A stretch of DNA of 64,000 nt, from assembly GCA_043720395.1 (NCBI GenBank), contig JAYSSR010000014.1, positions 14,568 through 78,567 of the forward strand. The letters are read 5' to 3'. The notes under the pieces are model-generated. The model saw only the letters and a program-made list of their open reading frames with translations. It was not told the DNA's origin and did not search any database. This DNA comes from Acidimicrobiia bacterium. GTDB taxonomy: Bacteria; Actinomycetota; Acidimicrobiia; Acidimicrobiales; JANYDT01. Positions 1 through 10,195 of the stretch are shown here, in pieces (positions within the stretch are counted from its first letter, which is position 1; each line of letters begins with the position of its first letter). The position numbers were made by a program, and so were the translations under genes.

Positions 1-1
1 G

Positions 2-469
2 GTGGCTGTGGCCGACGACAAACCGAAGAGTGACAACCACGACGACCGGCATTGTCGGCAGGGGACCGTGCTGTGTGGAAAGACGTGCCGAGTCCTGTCT
101 CGCGACCCTCACAACTGCGGGAGCTGCGGTCGGGCGTGCTCGCCCGGAAACGTCTGTCGAGACGGCACCTGCATGGAGCCCCCCGGGCGGGGTTCGACCA
201 CCACGACTACTACGACCGCACCAACGACAACCACGACAACGTCCACAACGACAACGTCCACAACGACGTCCACAACGATCCCGACCTGCATTCCCTCTGG
301 TCAGACGATTAGCGGTACTTATCCCTTTGGCGGCGGATCGGACTCGAACACCTGTTTGAATGACCTCAGAAGTAAATGTTGCAGTGGGGTGGCGGCCGCC
401 GGATCAAGTTGCAACTGCATCGGGAACCCCGATCCCGACACGTGCGTGGGGACGGTAATTTGTATGTGA
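2..469 (+). CDS. Cys-rich protein, probably 5'-truncated by the window edge: Stig1-like Cys motif, Thr-rich linker, 8-Cys C-terminal domain
   Basis: DPHNCGSCGRAC motif, poly-Thr linker, C-terminal C-C-CC-CxC-C-C pattern. Confidence 0.7.
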   Translation: MAVADDKPKSDNHDDRHCRQGTVLCGKTCRVLSRDPHNCGSCGRACSPGNVCRDGTCMEPPGRGSTTTTTTTAPTTTTTTSTTTTSTTTSTTIPTCIPSGQTISGTYPFGGGSDSNTCLNDLRSKCCSGVAAAGSSCNCIGNPDPDTCVGTVICM

Positions 470-1063
470 TACCCGGTCTCAGCGAGGAGCACCAGGAGTC
501 GATCTGACGATTCTGCCGCTTGGTATCGCCGTGGGAGTGTCCGACGGTGATCGACTTCGCAACACTGCTTCCGGGTTCCCGGCGGTGGGAACGATCGCGA
601 CCTTCACCAGACCATCGCCCGTGGTGCAGGTACCGCCGACGCTGGTACTTCCGATGCGGACTGGCACTGGGCACGGGATAAGCGATCGCGATGCTCCGCA
701 GTAGCGACAGTGCGGATCTCTTCGCAGCAGCCAGCGTGCTCGCAGACCTGCCGGTCCACATCCGGCAGGGCGTCAAACCAGCGCTCCTGGAAATTGCGGA
801 CACAGACGCGGCTACGACCCCGCTGACTATCTTGTCGAGGGACGCGCGCCACTCGGTGCGATGCGTCGCACGATTCGGTCGCTCATGCCGAGGCCGCACG
901 CAGTGAAGCGCCGACGAGCGGACCTGCACAACAGGCCGCGCATGCGGCAACCCGAAGCCGACAGCCGCTGCTCCCTCTAGCTTGTCACTCATGACGCCAC
1001 AGCGCACAGGCGTCGAGCATTGGTTCGGCTTGGTCGCGCGCGCGTACAACGAGCGCTCCATCG

Positions 1064-1175
1064 CTGCACCGTCTAGAAGAGAATCGCGGCCGCAGCGTTC
1101 GAACTGTCCGCCGACGATCTTGCCGAGGTCGATCGCGAGGCGTTGTCGATCGCGATCGTCGGTGACCGCTTCCAG
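1064..1175 (+). pseudogene. Frameshifted C-terminal remnant of an aldo/keto reductase
   Basis: Manual translation LHRLEEN / AAAAFELSADDLAEVDREALSIAIVGDRF with a frame change at ~1085; resembles the typical AKR C-terminus; no upstream gene body. Confidence 0.6.
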
Positions 1176-1324
1176 CGGAGACCGAACGCCAAACGAGCCG
1201 TCGCAATCCTTTGCTACCCGCAATCACTCATGTTGACTGGCCTGTTGCTGCTCGGTATTTGAACTGCAAGAGTCACGTGCTCGCCTGAATTCGTTTCGGC
1301 CCCGCTCCCACTCGTGGATCAGAC

Positions 1325-2401
1325 TTACGCCGGACGGTCGCCGCGGTAGGCGGCGCCGAGCAGTGCCTCGGCTTGAGCGACGTCGATGGGGCGGGGGTTG
1401 ACGCCGGGGGCCATGGTGTCCGCCACGACGTGCGGGGCGGCGTCGACGATGCCGACCTCCGGCATACCGATGGACGCGAGCGAAGTCGGTGCACCGCAAG
1501 ATACGGCGAGGTCGTACAGCGCCGACGCCGCCGACACGCCGGGGGTCGCGCCAAGGGCCGACGCGACTCGGGCGATCACTTCGGGTACCGCTGGTTCGTT
1601 AAAGGCAACCGCATGCGGCAGAACGACGGAGTTCATGTCTCCGTGGACCAGTCCGTACATCCCGCCGAGGACGTGACACGCCTTGTGGTGCAGCGCCGTA
1701 CCCGTGGCACCGAGCGCGATACCCGCCAGGTGCGCACCGTAGAGCAGGTCACCACGGGCGTCGAGGTCGCCGGGAGCGTCGATGACACGCTTGAGCGAAC
1801 CCGCGATCGCCCGGATACCCTCCAGCGCCATCACCGACGTGACCGGGTTGTGGCCGGGCCCGTAGAGCGCCTCGACGCAGTGCGCGATCGCGTTGAACGC
1901 GCTCGGCCCGGTGACCGAGGCAGGGAGCCCGACCGTGAGCGCCGGGTCATAGATTACGGTCCGCGGCGCGACGATCGGGTCCTTGCCCGTCTGTTTGTGC
2001 GCACCGCCAGTGAGGCCGTAGATCGATGTCATCTCCGAACCCGCATACGTGGTCGGCACCGCTATCACGGGAAGTCGGTGGCTCAGCGCTATGGCCTTCG
2101 CGAGACCGGTCGACGATCCACCGCCGACGCACACAATGCCATCGGCCCCGCACGCGTCGACCGCCTCGCGAGCCCGAGCGGCGAGTTCCACGGGAACATG
2201 CTGGACGACGTCGCCCCAACGGGCCGCGACCGTTGCGCCGAGCGAAGCCGCGATGTCGTCGGCAAACGATGTGGCCGCACCGTCGGCAATCAGGAACACC
2301 TTCGTAACACCGAGTGCAGCGACCTCGTCGGCGATTCGAGCAAGAGCGCCGACACCGAATACCACCCGGCTCGGCAGCGTCGTATGAACGAACGGTTCCA
2401 T
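1325..2401 (-). CDS. Maleylacetate reductase (Fe-ADH family)
   Basis: FVHTTLPSRVVFG N-terminus, GGGSSTGLAKAIA, PTTYAGSEMT, ALHHKACHVLGG; start moved to ATG 2401. Confidence 0.92.
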   Translation of the reverse strand: MEPFVHTTLPSRVVFGVGALARIADEVAALGVTKVFLIADGAATSFADDIAASLGATVAARWGDVVQHVPVELAARAREAVDACGADGIVCVGGGSSTGLAKAIALSHRLPVIAVPTTYAGSEMTSIYGLTGGAHKQTGKDPIVAPRTVIYDPALTVGLPASVTGPSAFNAIAHCVEALYGPGHNPVTSVMALEGIRAIAGSLKRVIDAPGDLDARGDLLYGAHLAGIALGATGTALHHKACHVLGGMYGLVHGDMNSVVLPHAVAFNEPAVPEVIARVASALGATPGVSAASALYDLAVSCGAPTSLASIGMPEVGIVDAAPHVVADTMAPGVNPRPIDVAQAEALLGAAYRGDRPA

Positions 2402-2408
2402 CAGCCCG

Positions 2409-2514
2409 CCGAGCAGGGGCTGGAATCCGCGCGGCCCGCCGTCGAAAACGGCATGACATGGCATGAAATCATGATGTTCAGAGTCCTCGGCGCGCGGATT
2501 CCAGCCCTGTTCGG
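2409..2514. repeat. 106-bp MITE/REP-like element, family C copy 1
   Basis: ~25-bp imperfect terminal inverted repeats ccgagcaggggctggaatccgcgcg / cgcgcggattccagccctgttcgg; second copy at 18048-18153. Confidence 0.85.
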
Positions 2515-2521
2515 AACGTGT

Positions 2522-3499
2522 TCAGAAGTCCACCGGGTAGACGGGTGCTTGGCCGGCAGCGATAAGGCCGGGCAGCTCCGGGGAGGCGTTCTCCCACACG
2601 AGCAGCATGGAGCGTTTCGGGCTGTAGCCCTGGTGGCGGATATCGCCTGGCATGGCAGCAACGTCGCCCGCCTTCATCGTGACCGCGGACCGCTTCTTGC
2701 CGGTGTCTCGGTCCTCGACGTCCCAACGGATCTCGTCGGACAGCTGGACGAACCATTCGACGCGATCGTTGCCGTGGAATACCGGGAGGATGAACTCTTC
2801 CGTGGTCGGGCAGTACAGCGATGCCTTGCACACCGACACGACCGACGGGTTCCACGTGACGTCGGACCGGGAAAGATATGCGTACAGATTGTATGCGCAC
2901 ACTTCATCTTCGAAGCCCGGCTCCGGCTCCAGTACCGGCTGGTCCTGCGAAACGTCTGCGAACATACGATTGACCTTGTGGGTCGCATCGGTGCGGATCA
3001 ACTCGTCGCCCGGGACGCTCACCATCCGGTTCGCCGCAACGCGCCGACGAGTGACCGCGGCGGTGTTCGAACCGCTCTTCTGCCCGAACGGTTTGCCGGT
3101 CTCCGCGGGTGATGCGAACGGATCGAACTCTGCATTCGTCCAGTCGTCGAGCATCTCCTTGAACGTCTCTCGGATGAGCGGCGTCTCGAAGTTCTCCACG
3201 AAGTCGAGCTCCGCCTTGCGATAGGCGTCGTTGTAGCGCCCGGCGAACATGTCGACCGTTCCGTAGTGGTTGACCGTACCCACCACTGCGTCGAAGTTCA
3301 CGGTGCCGTAGAAGAAGTCCCATGCGACGTCGCGCTGCAGCGCCTTCAAGAACGTCTCGACGCTCATGACGTGCGCGCCCATCGGCCACGTAACGCGTGC
3401 GAAGAACTCGTCACGCGAAAACGTGAAGCCGCCGAGGGTGAAGTCTCGGTAGCCAGCGGCGTTGGGGGCGGATGCGGCGACGGCTTCGGTGATGCTCAT
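2522..3499 (-). CDS. hapD: Hydroquinone 1,2-dioxygenase large subunit (HapD/PnpC2-like cupin)
   Basis: RDVAWDFFYG, SDVTWNPSVVSVC, CPTTEEFILPVFHGNDRVEWF, PGDIRHQGYSPKRSMLLVWEN; adjacent small subunit; start ATG 3499. Confidence 0.88.
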   Translation of the reverse strand: MSITEAVAASAPNAAGYRDFTLGGFTFSRDEFFARVTWPMGAHVMSVETFLKALQRDVAWDFFYGTVNFDAVVGTVNHYGTVDMFAGRYNDAYRKAELDFVENFETPLIRETFKEMLDDWTNAEFDPFASPAETGKPFGQKSGSNTAAVTRRRVAANRMVSVPGDELIRTDATHKVNRMFADVSQDQPVLEPEPGFEDEVCAYNLYAYLSRSDVTWNPSVVSVCKASLYCPTTEEFILPVFHGNDRVEWFVQLSDEIRWDVEDRDTGKKRSAVTMKAGDVAAMPGDIRHQGYSPKRSMLLVWENASPELPGLIAAGQAPVYPVDF

Positions 3500-3596
3500 T
3501 GGTTCGGTCCTCTTCGGTTCAGCTTCATGTTTCAGTAGATCCACGACGTTCAACAACAGGTCAGCGTTAAGGCAACAGCGGGCGACTGATTTGCGT

Positions 3597-4088
3597 TCAG
3601 CTCAGGCAGATCTCGGCCCACTTCTCGACGGTGTCCTCTCCGAGAATGGTCTGGAGGAGCACAACAGAAGGAACAGCGGCGCTCATCCGATACGCCGCAT
3701 TCGCAGGCAGCAGCGCCTGATGTCCGCGGCGCAAGGTAATGCGACCCATTTTGGTGCCGACCGGATCGCCGTCGATGCGGATCGAACCTTCCTTGTCGGC
3801 CGGAGCGAGTGGCGAGTCGAGCTTGACCAGCTCCACCACGACCTCGCCGTCCATCACGAGCGGGAACTCGTCGTGCGAACACGTGCGCCACTCCGACGTT
3901 CCCTCGGCGCGGATCGCCTCGAGGACATACTGCATGTTCTTGCCGACGGCCACCTTCTCCCATGGCTTCGCGTGACTCGCTACCTCGAACACGTTGGAAA
4001 ATGCGTAGTGCTTCGGGTCATCGTCGATGACGTCGATCGTGCCCTTCTCGAACGAGGCGAGCGAACCGAACTTGGTCGTGTACTCCAC
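3597..4088 (-). CDS. hapC: Hydroquinone 1,2-dioxygenase small subunit (HapC/PnpC1-like)
   Basis: FGSL..FEKG, DDPKHYAFSNVFEVA, HDEF, GHQALLP, KWAEIC motifs; AGGAG RBS upstream of GTG. Confidence 0.88.
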   Translation of the reverse strand: MEYTTKFGSLASFEKGTIDVIDDDPKHYAFSNVFEVASHAKPWEKVAVGKNMQYVLEAIRAEGTSEWRTCSHDEFPLVMDGEVVVELVKLDSPLAPADKEGSIRIDGDPVGTKMGRITLRRGHQALLPANAAYRMSAAVPSVVLLQTILGEDTVEKWAEICLS

Positions 4089-4099
4089 TGCTAACTCCT

Positions 4100-4155
4100 G
4101 TCCCTAAAGTGCAAGGTCCTAACGCGCAAGGTCCCAATAGCGCAAGAGACCCAAC
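4100..4155. promoter_or_regulatory. Three imperfect 15-16 bp direct repeats (gcaaggtccNaa) in a divergent intergenic region
   Basis: gcaaggtcc at 4111 and 4126, gcaagagacc at 4142; regulatory role is inferred. Confidence 0.45.
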
Positions 4156-4208
4156 TATCGCACGCAAAGGTAGCGTGGTCAAATGTCTCGTCCCGGACCC
4201 CGGCACGC

Positions 4209-5678
4209 GTGACCGCCCCGCCCGCGCCAAGAGCCGACCGGCTCGGCAGCGACAGCCAGAAGCGTCCGACCACACCTGTTGCGGACACGGTCGAGGAACG
4301 TCTGATCCTGCTCGTGGAGCGTCTCCGACGTGCGGGAGTGGCCGTGTCCACAACCGAACTGGTCGATGCGTTCCATGCCACGACGGCCATCGGGATCGAA
4401 AGACGCAGCGACTGGTGCGCCGCGCTCCGGGCGACGCTCGTGAAGCGAGCCGACCAGCTCCCGCTCTTCGACGATCTCTTCGACCGGGCGTTCCCGGAGA
4501 CACGTCCGGGTAGCGTCCTCGACCGTCTAACAGCCGACTCCGCACGGCGAGACGGGACCGACGCACCCGCTCGCAACACCGCGTCCAACGATCCCAGAAC
4601 ACTCACCGACAGGCTGCTCGCCGCCATTGCAGCCGGCGACCTCGACCTCCTCCGCGAGCTGGAATCCGAGGCCATCGACACGTTCGCCGCCCTGTCGAGA
4701 GGGGGGTCGAGCGAGAAGCAGTACCTGCAACGGGTGACGCGGGCGTTGGACCTCGGCGCGCTCCTACAACGCGCGCTGCGCCAGGCACGGGGCAACGGCG
4801 AAGGCCTCGACGAAAAGCTCGCTCTCGCTGAGGCGGCGACACTGGTCGAGGAGTTTCGCAGACTCCTCGCCCGCGAGTTAGCCATGCGCCTCGCCGTCCT
4901 GCAGCCCGTGGAAACCATCACGACCGTCAAGTACCCCGACGACGTTGCTTTCCTCGAAACCACGCTCGCCCAACGCGCTGAACTACACCGCGCGATCGAG
5001 CCGCTGGCACGGAAGCTCGCGGCGCGTATGGCACAGCGTCGACGCCTCCGACGTACGGGGAAGGTCGATGTCCGGCGTACAGCGAGACATTCACTTGCGT
5101 TCGGCGGGGTTCCGCTCGAACCGGTCTTCCGTGCGAAACGAGCTTCGAGGCCCGACCTCATCGTGCTGTGCGACGTGAGCGGTTCCGTCGCCGAGTTTGC
5201 GCACTTCATCCTCTCGCTCGTGCATGCACTCCACGAGGAGCTCCAGCGGTTGCGCACGTTCGTGTTTGTCGACGGGATCGCCGACGTCACCGACCTGTTC
5301 GCGGTCGCGCAGCATGAACTCGTACCGATGCACCTCGTGACGCAGCCCGGCGTCGTCCGAGGCGACGGCCACAGTGACTACGGCAGCGTCCTCGATGCGT
5401 TCTACCGCAACCACAGTCATCTGCTTCGGCCGACCTCAACGATCATCGTGACGGGCGACGCACGGTCGAACTACCGCGACCCACGTGCCGAGACGCTGCG
5501 TCGGATCAGCGAGCGCGCCGACGCGGTGTACTGGCTCAATCCCGAGCCGAGGGTGGACTGGGACACGACCGACAGCGTCATCGGCCAGTACAAGCCGCAC
5601 TGCGCCGGCGTGTTCGAGGTGCGCACGACCCGCCAACTCGTGGCCGCCGTCCTCGAAATCGACGCCGCTGCCCCCTAA
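4209..5678 (+). CDS. CoxE-like VWA domain protein
   Basis: LRRAGVAVSTTE N-terminus, MIDAS DVSGS, GHSDYG, GDARSNY, WLNPEP. Confidence 0.88.
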   Translation: MTAPPAPRADRLGSDSQKRPTTPVADTVEERLILLVERLRRAGVAVSTTELVDAFHATTAIGIERRSDWCAALRATLVKRADQLPLFDDLFDRAFPETRPGSVLDRLTADSARRDGTDAPARNTASNDPRTLTDRLLAAIAAGDLDLLRELESEAIDTFAALSRGGSSEKQYLQRVTRALDLGALLQRALRQARGNGEGLDEKLALAEAATLVEEFRRLLARELAMRLAVLQPVETITTVKYPDDVAFLETTLAQRAELHRAIEPLARKLAARMAQRRRLRRTGKVDVRRTARHSLAFGGVPLEPVFRAKRASRPDLIVLCDVSGSVAEFAHFILSLVHALHEELQRLRTFVFVDGIADVTDLFAVAQHELVPMHLVTQPGVVRGDGHSDYGSVLDAFYRNHSHLLRPTSTIIVTGDARSNYRDPRAETLRRISERADAVYWLNPEPRVDWDTTDSVIGQYKPHCAGVFEVRTTRQLVAAVLEIDAAAP

Positions 5679-5700
5679 CGCATCGACCCGCAGACACCGC

Positions 5701-5813
5701 GACGTTGGGAAGATCACCGACCTGGGAGGTAGCCGATGTTCCCAACGTCGGAACCCCGATCGGACGTTGGGAAGATCACCGACCTGGGAGGTAGCCGAAG
5801 TTCCCAACGTCGG
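5701..5813. repeat. Tandem pair of 51-bp hairpin repeats (family D) between convergent genes
   Basis: gacgttgggaagatcaccgacctgggaggtagccgaWgttcccaacgtcgg at 5701 and 5763, one mismatch; each has 11-bp arms gacgttgggaa/ttcccaacgtc. Confidence 0.9.
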
Positions 5814-5816
5814 AGG

Positions 5817-6752
5817 TTAGGACGCGGCGCTGAGCGCTGCGACGAGCTCGTCGATGTCGGCCGGGGGGACGAAGTCGGGCGGCACGGGTGGGCCCCAGGC
5901 GTAGAGCGACTTCGAGGGGTCCCAGTCCTTTGCGATCCAGGCAGCGTCGTCGACGATCTGGTCGAGGTCCGCGAAGTACTCGGCGTAGTTGCCTGCGGGA
6001 TCGCGGAAGTACCAGAAGAAATTCGAGCCGAGGAAGTGCCGGCCGAGTCCCCAGACGTTGCGCTTCGGGTCGGCCGAGAGCAGATGGTGTGCGCCTTTGC
6101 CGATCGCGTCGACGTCGTCGACCTGCCACGAGGAGTGATGCAGGAACGGGACCGGTGCAGCCGCGATGCCAACGTTGTGGTGATCCGACGAGCAGCGCAG
6201 GAAGGCGATAAATCCACCGGATTCGTCGCTGAGCTTGAAGCCGAGGACGTCGATGAGGAACTTGCGACTGGCCTCGATGTCGGGCGTCCCATAGAGGACG
6301 TGCCCGAGACGACGCGGCGACGCGGGACCGGTCGCGAAGATGCCCGGAGCACGGTCGATCCGCGCCTCCGAGCGAGACGGGCGACCGACACCGTTCAGCA
6401 GCACCGGCGCCTGGCGGGTCTGCACGATGCGAGGCGTGACTGCGACACGCACGATCGTACCCATCACCGGGTCCGGGATCGTGATCGACCCGTCCGGCTC
6501 AGTAGTGACTACGAGGCCGTGCGCCCGAGCCGCGCTTGCGATCCGGGAGATGTCATCCGGATTCTCCGCCGCGATCGTGAAGCCGACAAGCTGTCGATAC
6601 GGCCGCGCAACGATCGACAACTGGTCGCCGCCATCGGTCGACGCAAGGCGCCCGTCGGCGCCATCGGTCATGCCGAAGTCGCGATAAAACGCCTTCGCGC
6701 CCTCGACATCCGGGACGCCAAGCGTCATGTCTGCGAGTCCGTGCAATGCCAT
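5817..6752 (-). CDS. VOC family protein, extradiol ring-cleavage dioxygenase-like
   Basis: Two VOC domains; RRLGHV, DHHN, LHHSSW, WGLGRH..GSN..WYFRDPAGN.AEY (His/His/Glu metal triad); start ATG 6752. Confidence 0.82.
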   Translation of the reverse strand: MALHGLADMTLGVPDVEGAKAFYRDFGMTDGADGRLASTDGGDQLSIVARPYRQLVGFTIAAENPDDISRIASAARAHGLVVTTEPDGSITIPDPVMGTIVRVAVTPRIVQTRQAPVLLNGVGRPSRSEARIDRAPGIFATGPASPRRLGHVLYGTPDIEASRKFLIDVLGFKLSDESGGFIAFLRCSSDHHNVGIAAAPVPFLHHSSWQVDDVDAIGKGAHHLLSADPKRNVWGLGRHFLGSNFFWYFRDPAGNYAEYFADLDQIVDDAAWIAKDWDPSKSLYAWGPPVPPDFVPPADIDELVAALSAAS

Positions 6753-6753
6753 G

Positions 6754-7791
6754 TCAGGTCTCCTGAGAACGAGGGGTATCAACGACGAGTGTGCGACGCA
6801 CCGGAAACAGGTCGGCGCGCACGTACTTGCGCAGCGTCCCCCAGATACCGCGTTGTACCCGGAGGGCAACCAGAATCGCAAGGACCCCGAGGGCGATCGT
6901 GTACCAGGTGGGGTGGTCGATGAACCGGTCGCGAAAGAAGTAATACAGCAATGTGCCGATGATCGGACCCTCGATCGTGCCGATGCCGCCGATCACCACG
7001 ATGAAGATGATCGGTGCCGTCCACTGCACCACGCTGAACGCGCCGCCCGGCCCCGATGGCTGCACACGAATCGTTGCGAGGAAATATGCAGCGGACGCGA
7101 ATGCCGTGCAGAACGCGGCGAGCACCCAAATCTTGAACCGGCTCGCGTAGACGTTCGCGCCGAGGCCGCGCGCGCCGGACTCGTTGTCACGGATCGCCTG
7201 CAACTGCAGCCCGAGGCGGGAGCGCACCACGGCGTACGCAATCAAGACGGAGCCGACGCCCGCCGCGAGGGCAAACCAGTAGGTCGCGTTCTGCCGCGTC
7301 CGCAATGCCGAGCCGAGCACCTTGATCGACGTTCCGCTGCCCCCGCCGACCGACGAGTTGTTGACCATCAGCAGACTCGTCACCTCGGCAAGAACCCATG
7401 TCCCAATTGCGAAATAACTGCCTCGCAGACGGAACGCGACCAGCCCCATCGGGATCGACGCAAGCGCTGCACCCATCGCGGCCAGCGGCACCGCGAGATA
7501 CAGGTTGATCTCCAGATTGTTGACCAACGCGACCATGCCATACCCACCAAGTCCGACAAAGGCCTGCTGCCCGACCGACGCGAGACCGGCAAACCCGGCG
7601 AGGAGGTTCCACATTTGAGCAAGCGTGAGCAACGTGAACAGCTCGACCATCTTGCGTTGCAGCGACGGCGAACCCCACGAGGGCAGGAACACGAGCGCGA
7701 ACACGACCAGCCCACCGAGCACGCTGAAGACACGACTCGCCGTTGTCGCGCGCACCACCCGGTGGACGCGGGGCGCAACACCGGCGGTCAT
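6754..7791 (-). CDS. Branched-chain amino acid-type ABC transporter permease (LivM-like)
   Basis: WNLLAGFAGLASVGQQAF, RLRGSYFAIGT, GGIGTIEGP. Confidence 0.92.
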   Translation of the reverse strand: MTAGVAPRVHRVVRATTASRVFSVLGGLVVFALVFLPSWGSPSLQRKMVELFTLLTLAQMWNLLAGFAGLASVGQQAFVGLGGYGMVALVNNLEINLYLAVPLAAMGAALASIPMGLVAFRLRGSYFAIGTWVLAEVTSLLMVNNSSVGGGSGTSIKVLGSALRTRQNATYWFALAAGVGSVLIAYAVVRSRLGLQLQAIRDNESGARGLGANVYASRFKIWVLAAFCTAFASAAYFLATIRVQPSGPGGAFSVVQWTAPIIFIVVIGGIGTIEGPIIGTLLYYFFRDRFIDHPTWYTIALGVLAILVALRVQRGIWGTLRKYVRADLFPVRRTLVVDTPRSQET

Positions 7792-8666
7792 CGGGCCAGC
7801 TTCTTGCCGAACATGCCGGTCGGACGCGTCGCCAGCACCGCGAGAAACACGAGATGTCCGGTCAGCTCACCCCACTGCGGCGAAATCTGGCGGCCCATTG
7901 CCTGTGCGACCCCGAGTGTGATACCACCGGCCAGGGTCCCCCACAGCGAACCGAGACCGCCGATGATCACCGCCTCGAACGCATAGATCAGACGGCTCGG
8001 ACCCGTGAACGGATCGAACGTACTGCGAGCACCGAGCAGCACCCCGGCGAGTGCAACGGTTGCGAACGCGATGCCGAGCGCGATTGCGTAGACACGGCGA
8101 TTGTCGATGCCCATCATGCGGGCGGCGTCGGGATCATCGGACGTTGCACGAAACGCTCGTCCGAGCTTCGTTCGGTTGAGGAACAACGCGAGAAGCGCGA
8201 GCACACCGACGCCGCACAGAAACGTGAGCAGCGGAAGCCAACCGATTGCGATCTTGTCGTTGATCTTGAAGTTCTTCGTCTGCAGCGTCTTGCCGACCTT
8301 TCCGCTCAGGCCGCGTGAGTCTGCCGTGTATCGCTGCAAGAGCGCGTTCTGAATGACGATCGACAACCCGAACGTCGTGACGATCTGGAACGACGGGTCG
8401 ACGCCGATGACCCGATGGAACACGAGTTGCTGGAGCACGTAACCCACCACGAACGCCCCGGGCGCAACGATCACGAGCGTGACGAGCGGATTCCATTGCA
8501 ACGTGTTTGTCAGCGAGTACGCCATGAACGCGGCCAAGATCGCGAAGTCGCCGTGCGCGAGATTCACCAGTCGCATCACCCCGAAACCGAGCGAGAGGCC
8601 CGTTGCGAACAGCGCGTAGAGCCCGCCCAACAAAATGCCCTGCACGATTGCGTTTGCCCAGACCAT
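7788..8666 (-). CDS. Branched-chain amino acid-type ABC transporter permease (LivH-like)
   Basis: GLSLGFGVMRLVNLAHG, IIGGLGSLWG; 4-bp overlap with next gene. Confidence 0.92.
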   Translation of the reverse strand: MVWANAIVQGILLGGLYALFATGLSLGFGVMRLVNLAHGDFAILAAFMAYSLTNTLQWNPLVTLVIVAPGAFVVGYVLQQLVFHRVIGVDPSFQIVTTFGLSIVIQNALLQRYTADSRGLSGKVGKTLQTKNFKINDKIAIGWLPLLTFLCGVGVLALLALFLNRTKLGRAFRATSDDPDAARMMGIDNRRVYAIALGIAFATVALAGVLLGARSTFDPFTGPSRLIYAFEAVIIGGLGSLWGTLAGGITLGVAQAMGRQISPQWGELTGHLVFLAVLATRPTGMFGKKLAR

Positions 8667-8669
8667 TGT

Positions 8670-9424
8670 TCAGCCCACCTTCGATCGGCGAGCGTCCGCC
8701 GTGCCCGGTGTGCCCGCCGAATAGCCCGCCCCGAGCCCGAAGTACGCCGCCGTGATGTCTTCTCGGTTCAATTCCGTCGGCGTCCCGCTGAGCGAGATAC
8801 GACCTTCCAACAAGCAGTACACCCGGTCTGCAACCGCCAACGCCTGGTTCACGTCTTGCTCGACAACGAGCACCGTTGTGCCGTTTGCCTTGATCGCAGG
8901 GATTGCCTCATAAACCTGTTTCACCACGATCGGCGCCAGGCCGAGCGATACCTCGTCGAGCAGAATCAGACGCGGGTTTGCCATCAGCGCGCGTCCGATC
9001 GCGAGCGCCTGCTGCTCACCACCGGAGAGCCGTGCGCCCGAACGTGACATCAGCCGATCGAGCAACGGGAACGCTTGCACGACTTTGGCCTTCGTCCACG
9101 GGCCCGGACGTCCGAGGTGCGCACCAACGAGCAGGTTCTCCTCGACGCTCAGCGAAGGAAAAATCCGCCGCCCCTCGGGTACGAGCGAGATGCCACTCGC
9201 AACACGACGGTTCGTCGCGATCCCTGCGAGCGACGCGCCGTCGTAGTGGATTGCGCCGCGCATCGGCGGGAGAAGTCCCGCGATCGAGCGCAACAACGTC
9301 GACTTACCCGCGCCGTTCGCGCCGATCATCGAGACGGTCTCGCCTTCAACGACGTGCATGTCGATGCCAAACAGTGCCTGGAAGTCGCCGTAGCCAGCGT
9401 CGAGGCCAGAGATCTCCAGCAGGT

Positions 9425-9428
<4 letters not shown>
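8670..9428 (-). CDS. ABC transporter ATP-binding protein (LivF-like)
   Basis: GANGAGKS, PEGRRIF, LSGGEQQ, LLDE. Confidence 0.93.
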
Positions 9429-10180
<752 letters not shown>

Positions 10181-10195
10181 ACGTGCACGTAGTAG

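Noticed and set aside
1373-3112. Long antisense ORFs (also 4091-5290, 36682-38118, 42659-44098, 59864-61222 and others)
   Set aside because: Arg-rich, motif-free shadows opposite clear genes, expected in high-GC DNA
5701-5813. Possible mini CRISPR array
   Set aside because: Only two 51-bp units with an 11-bp gap, no leader and no cas genes; better explained as a REP-like tandem hairpin
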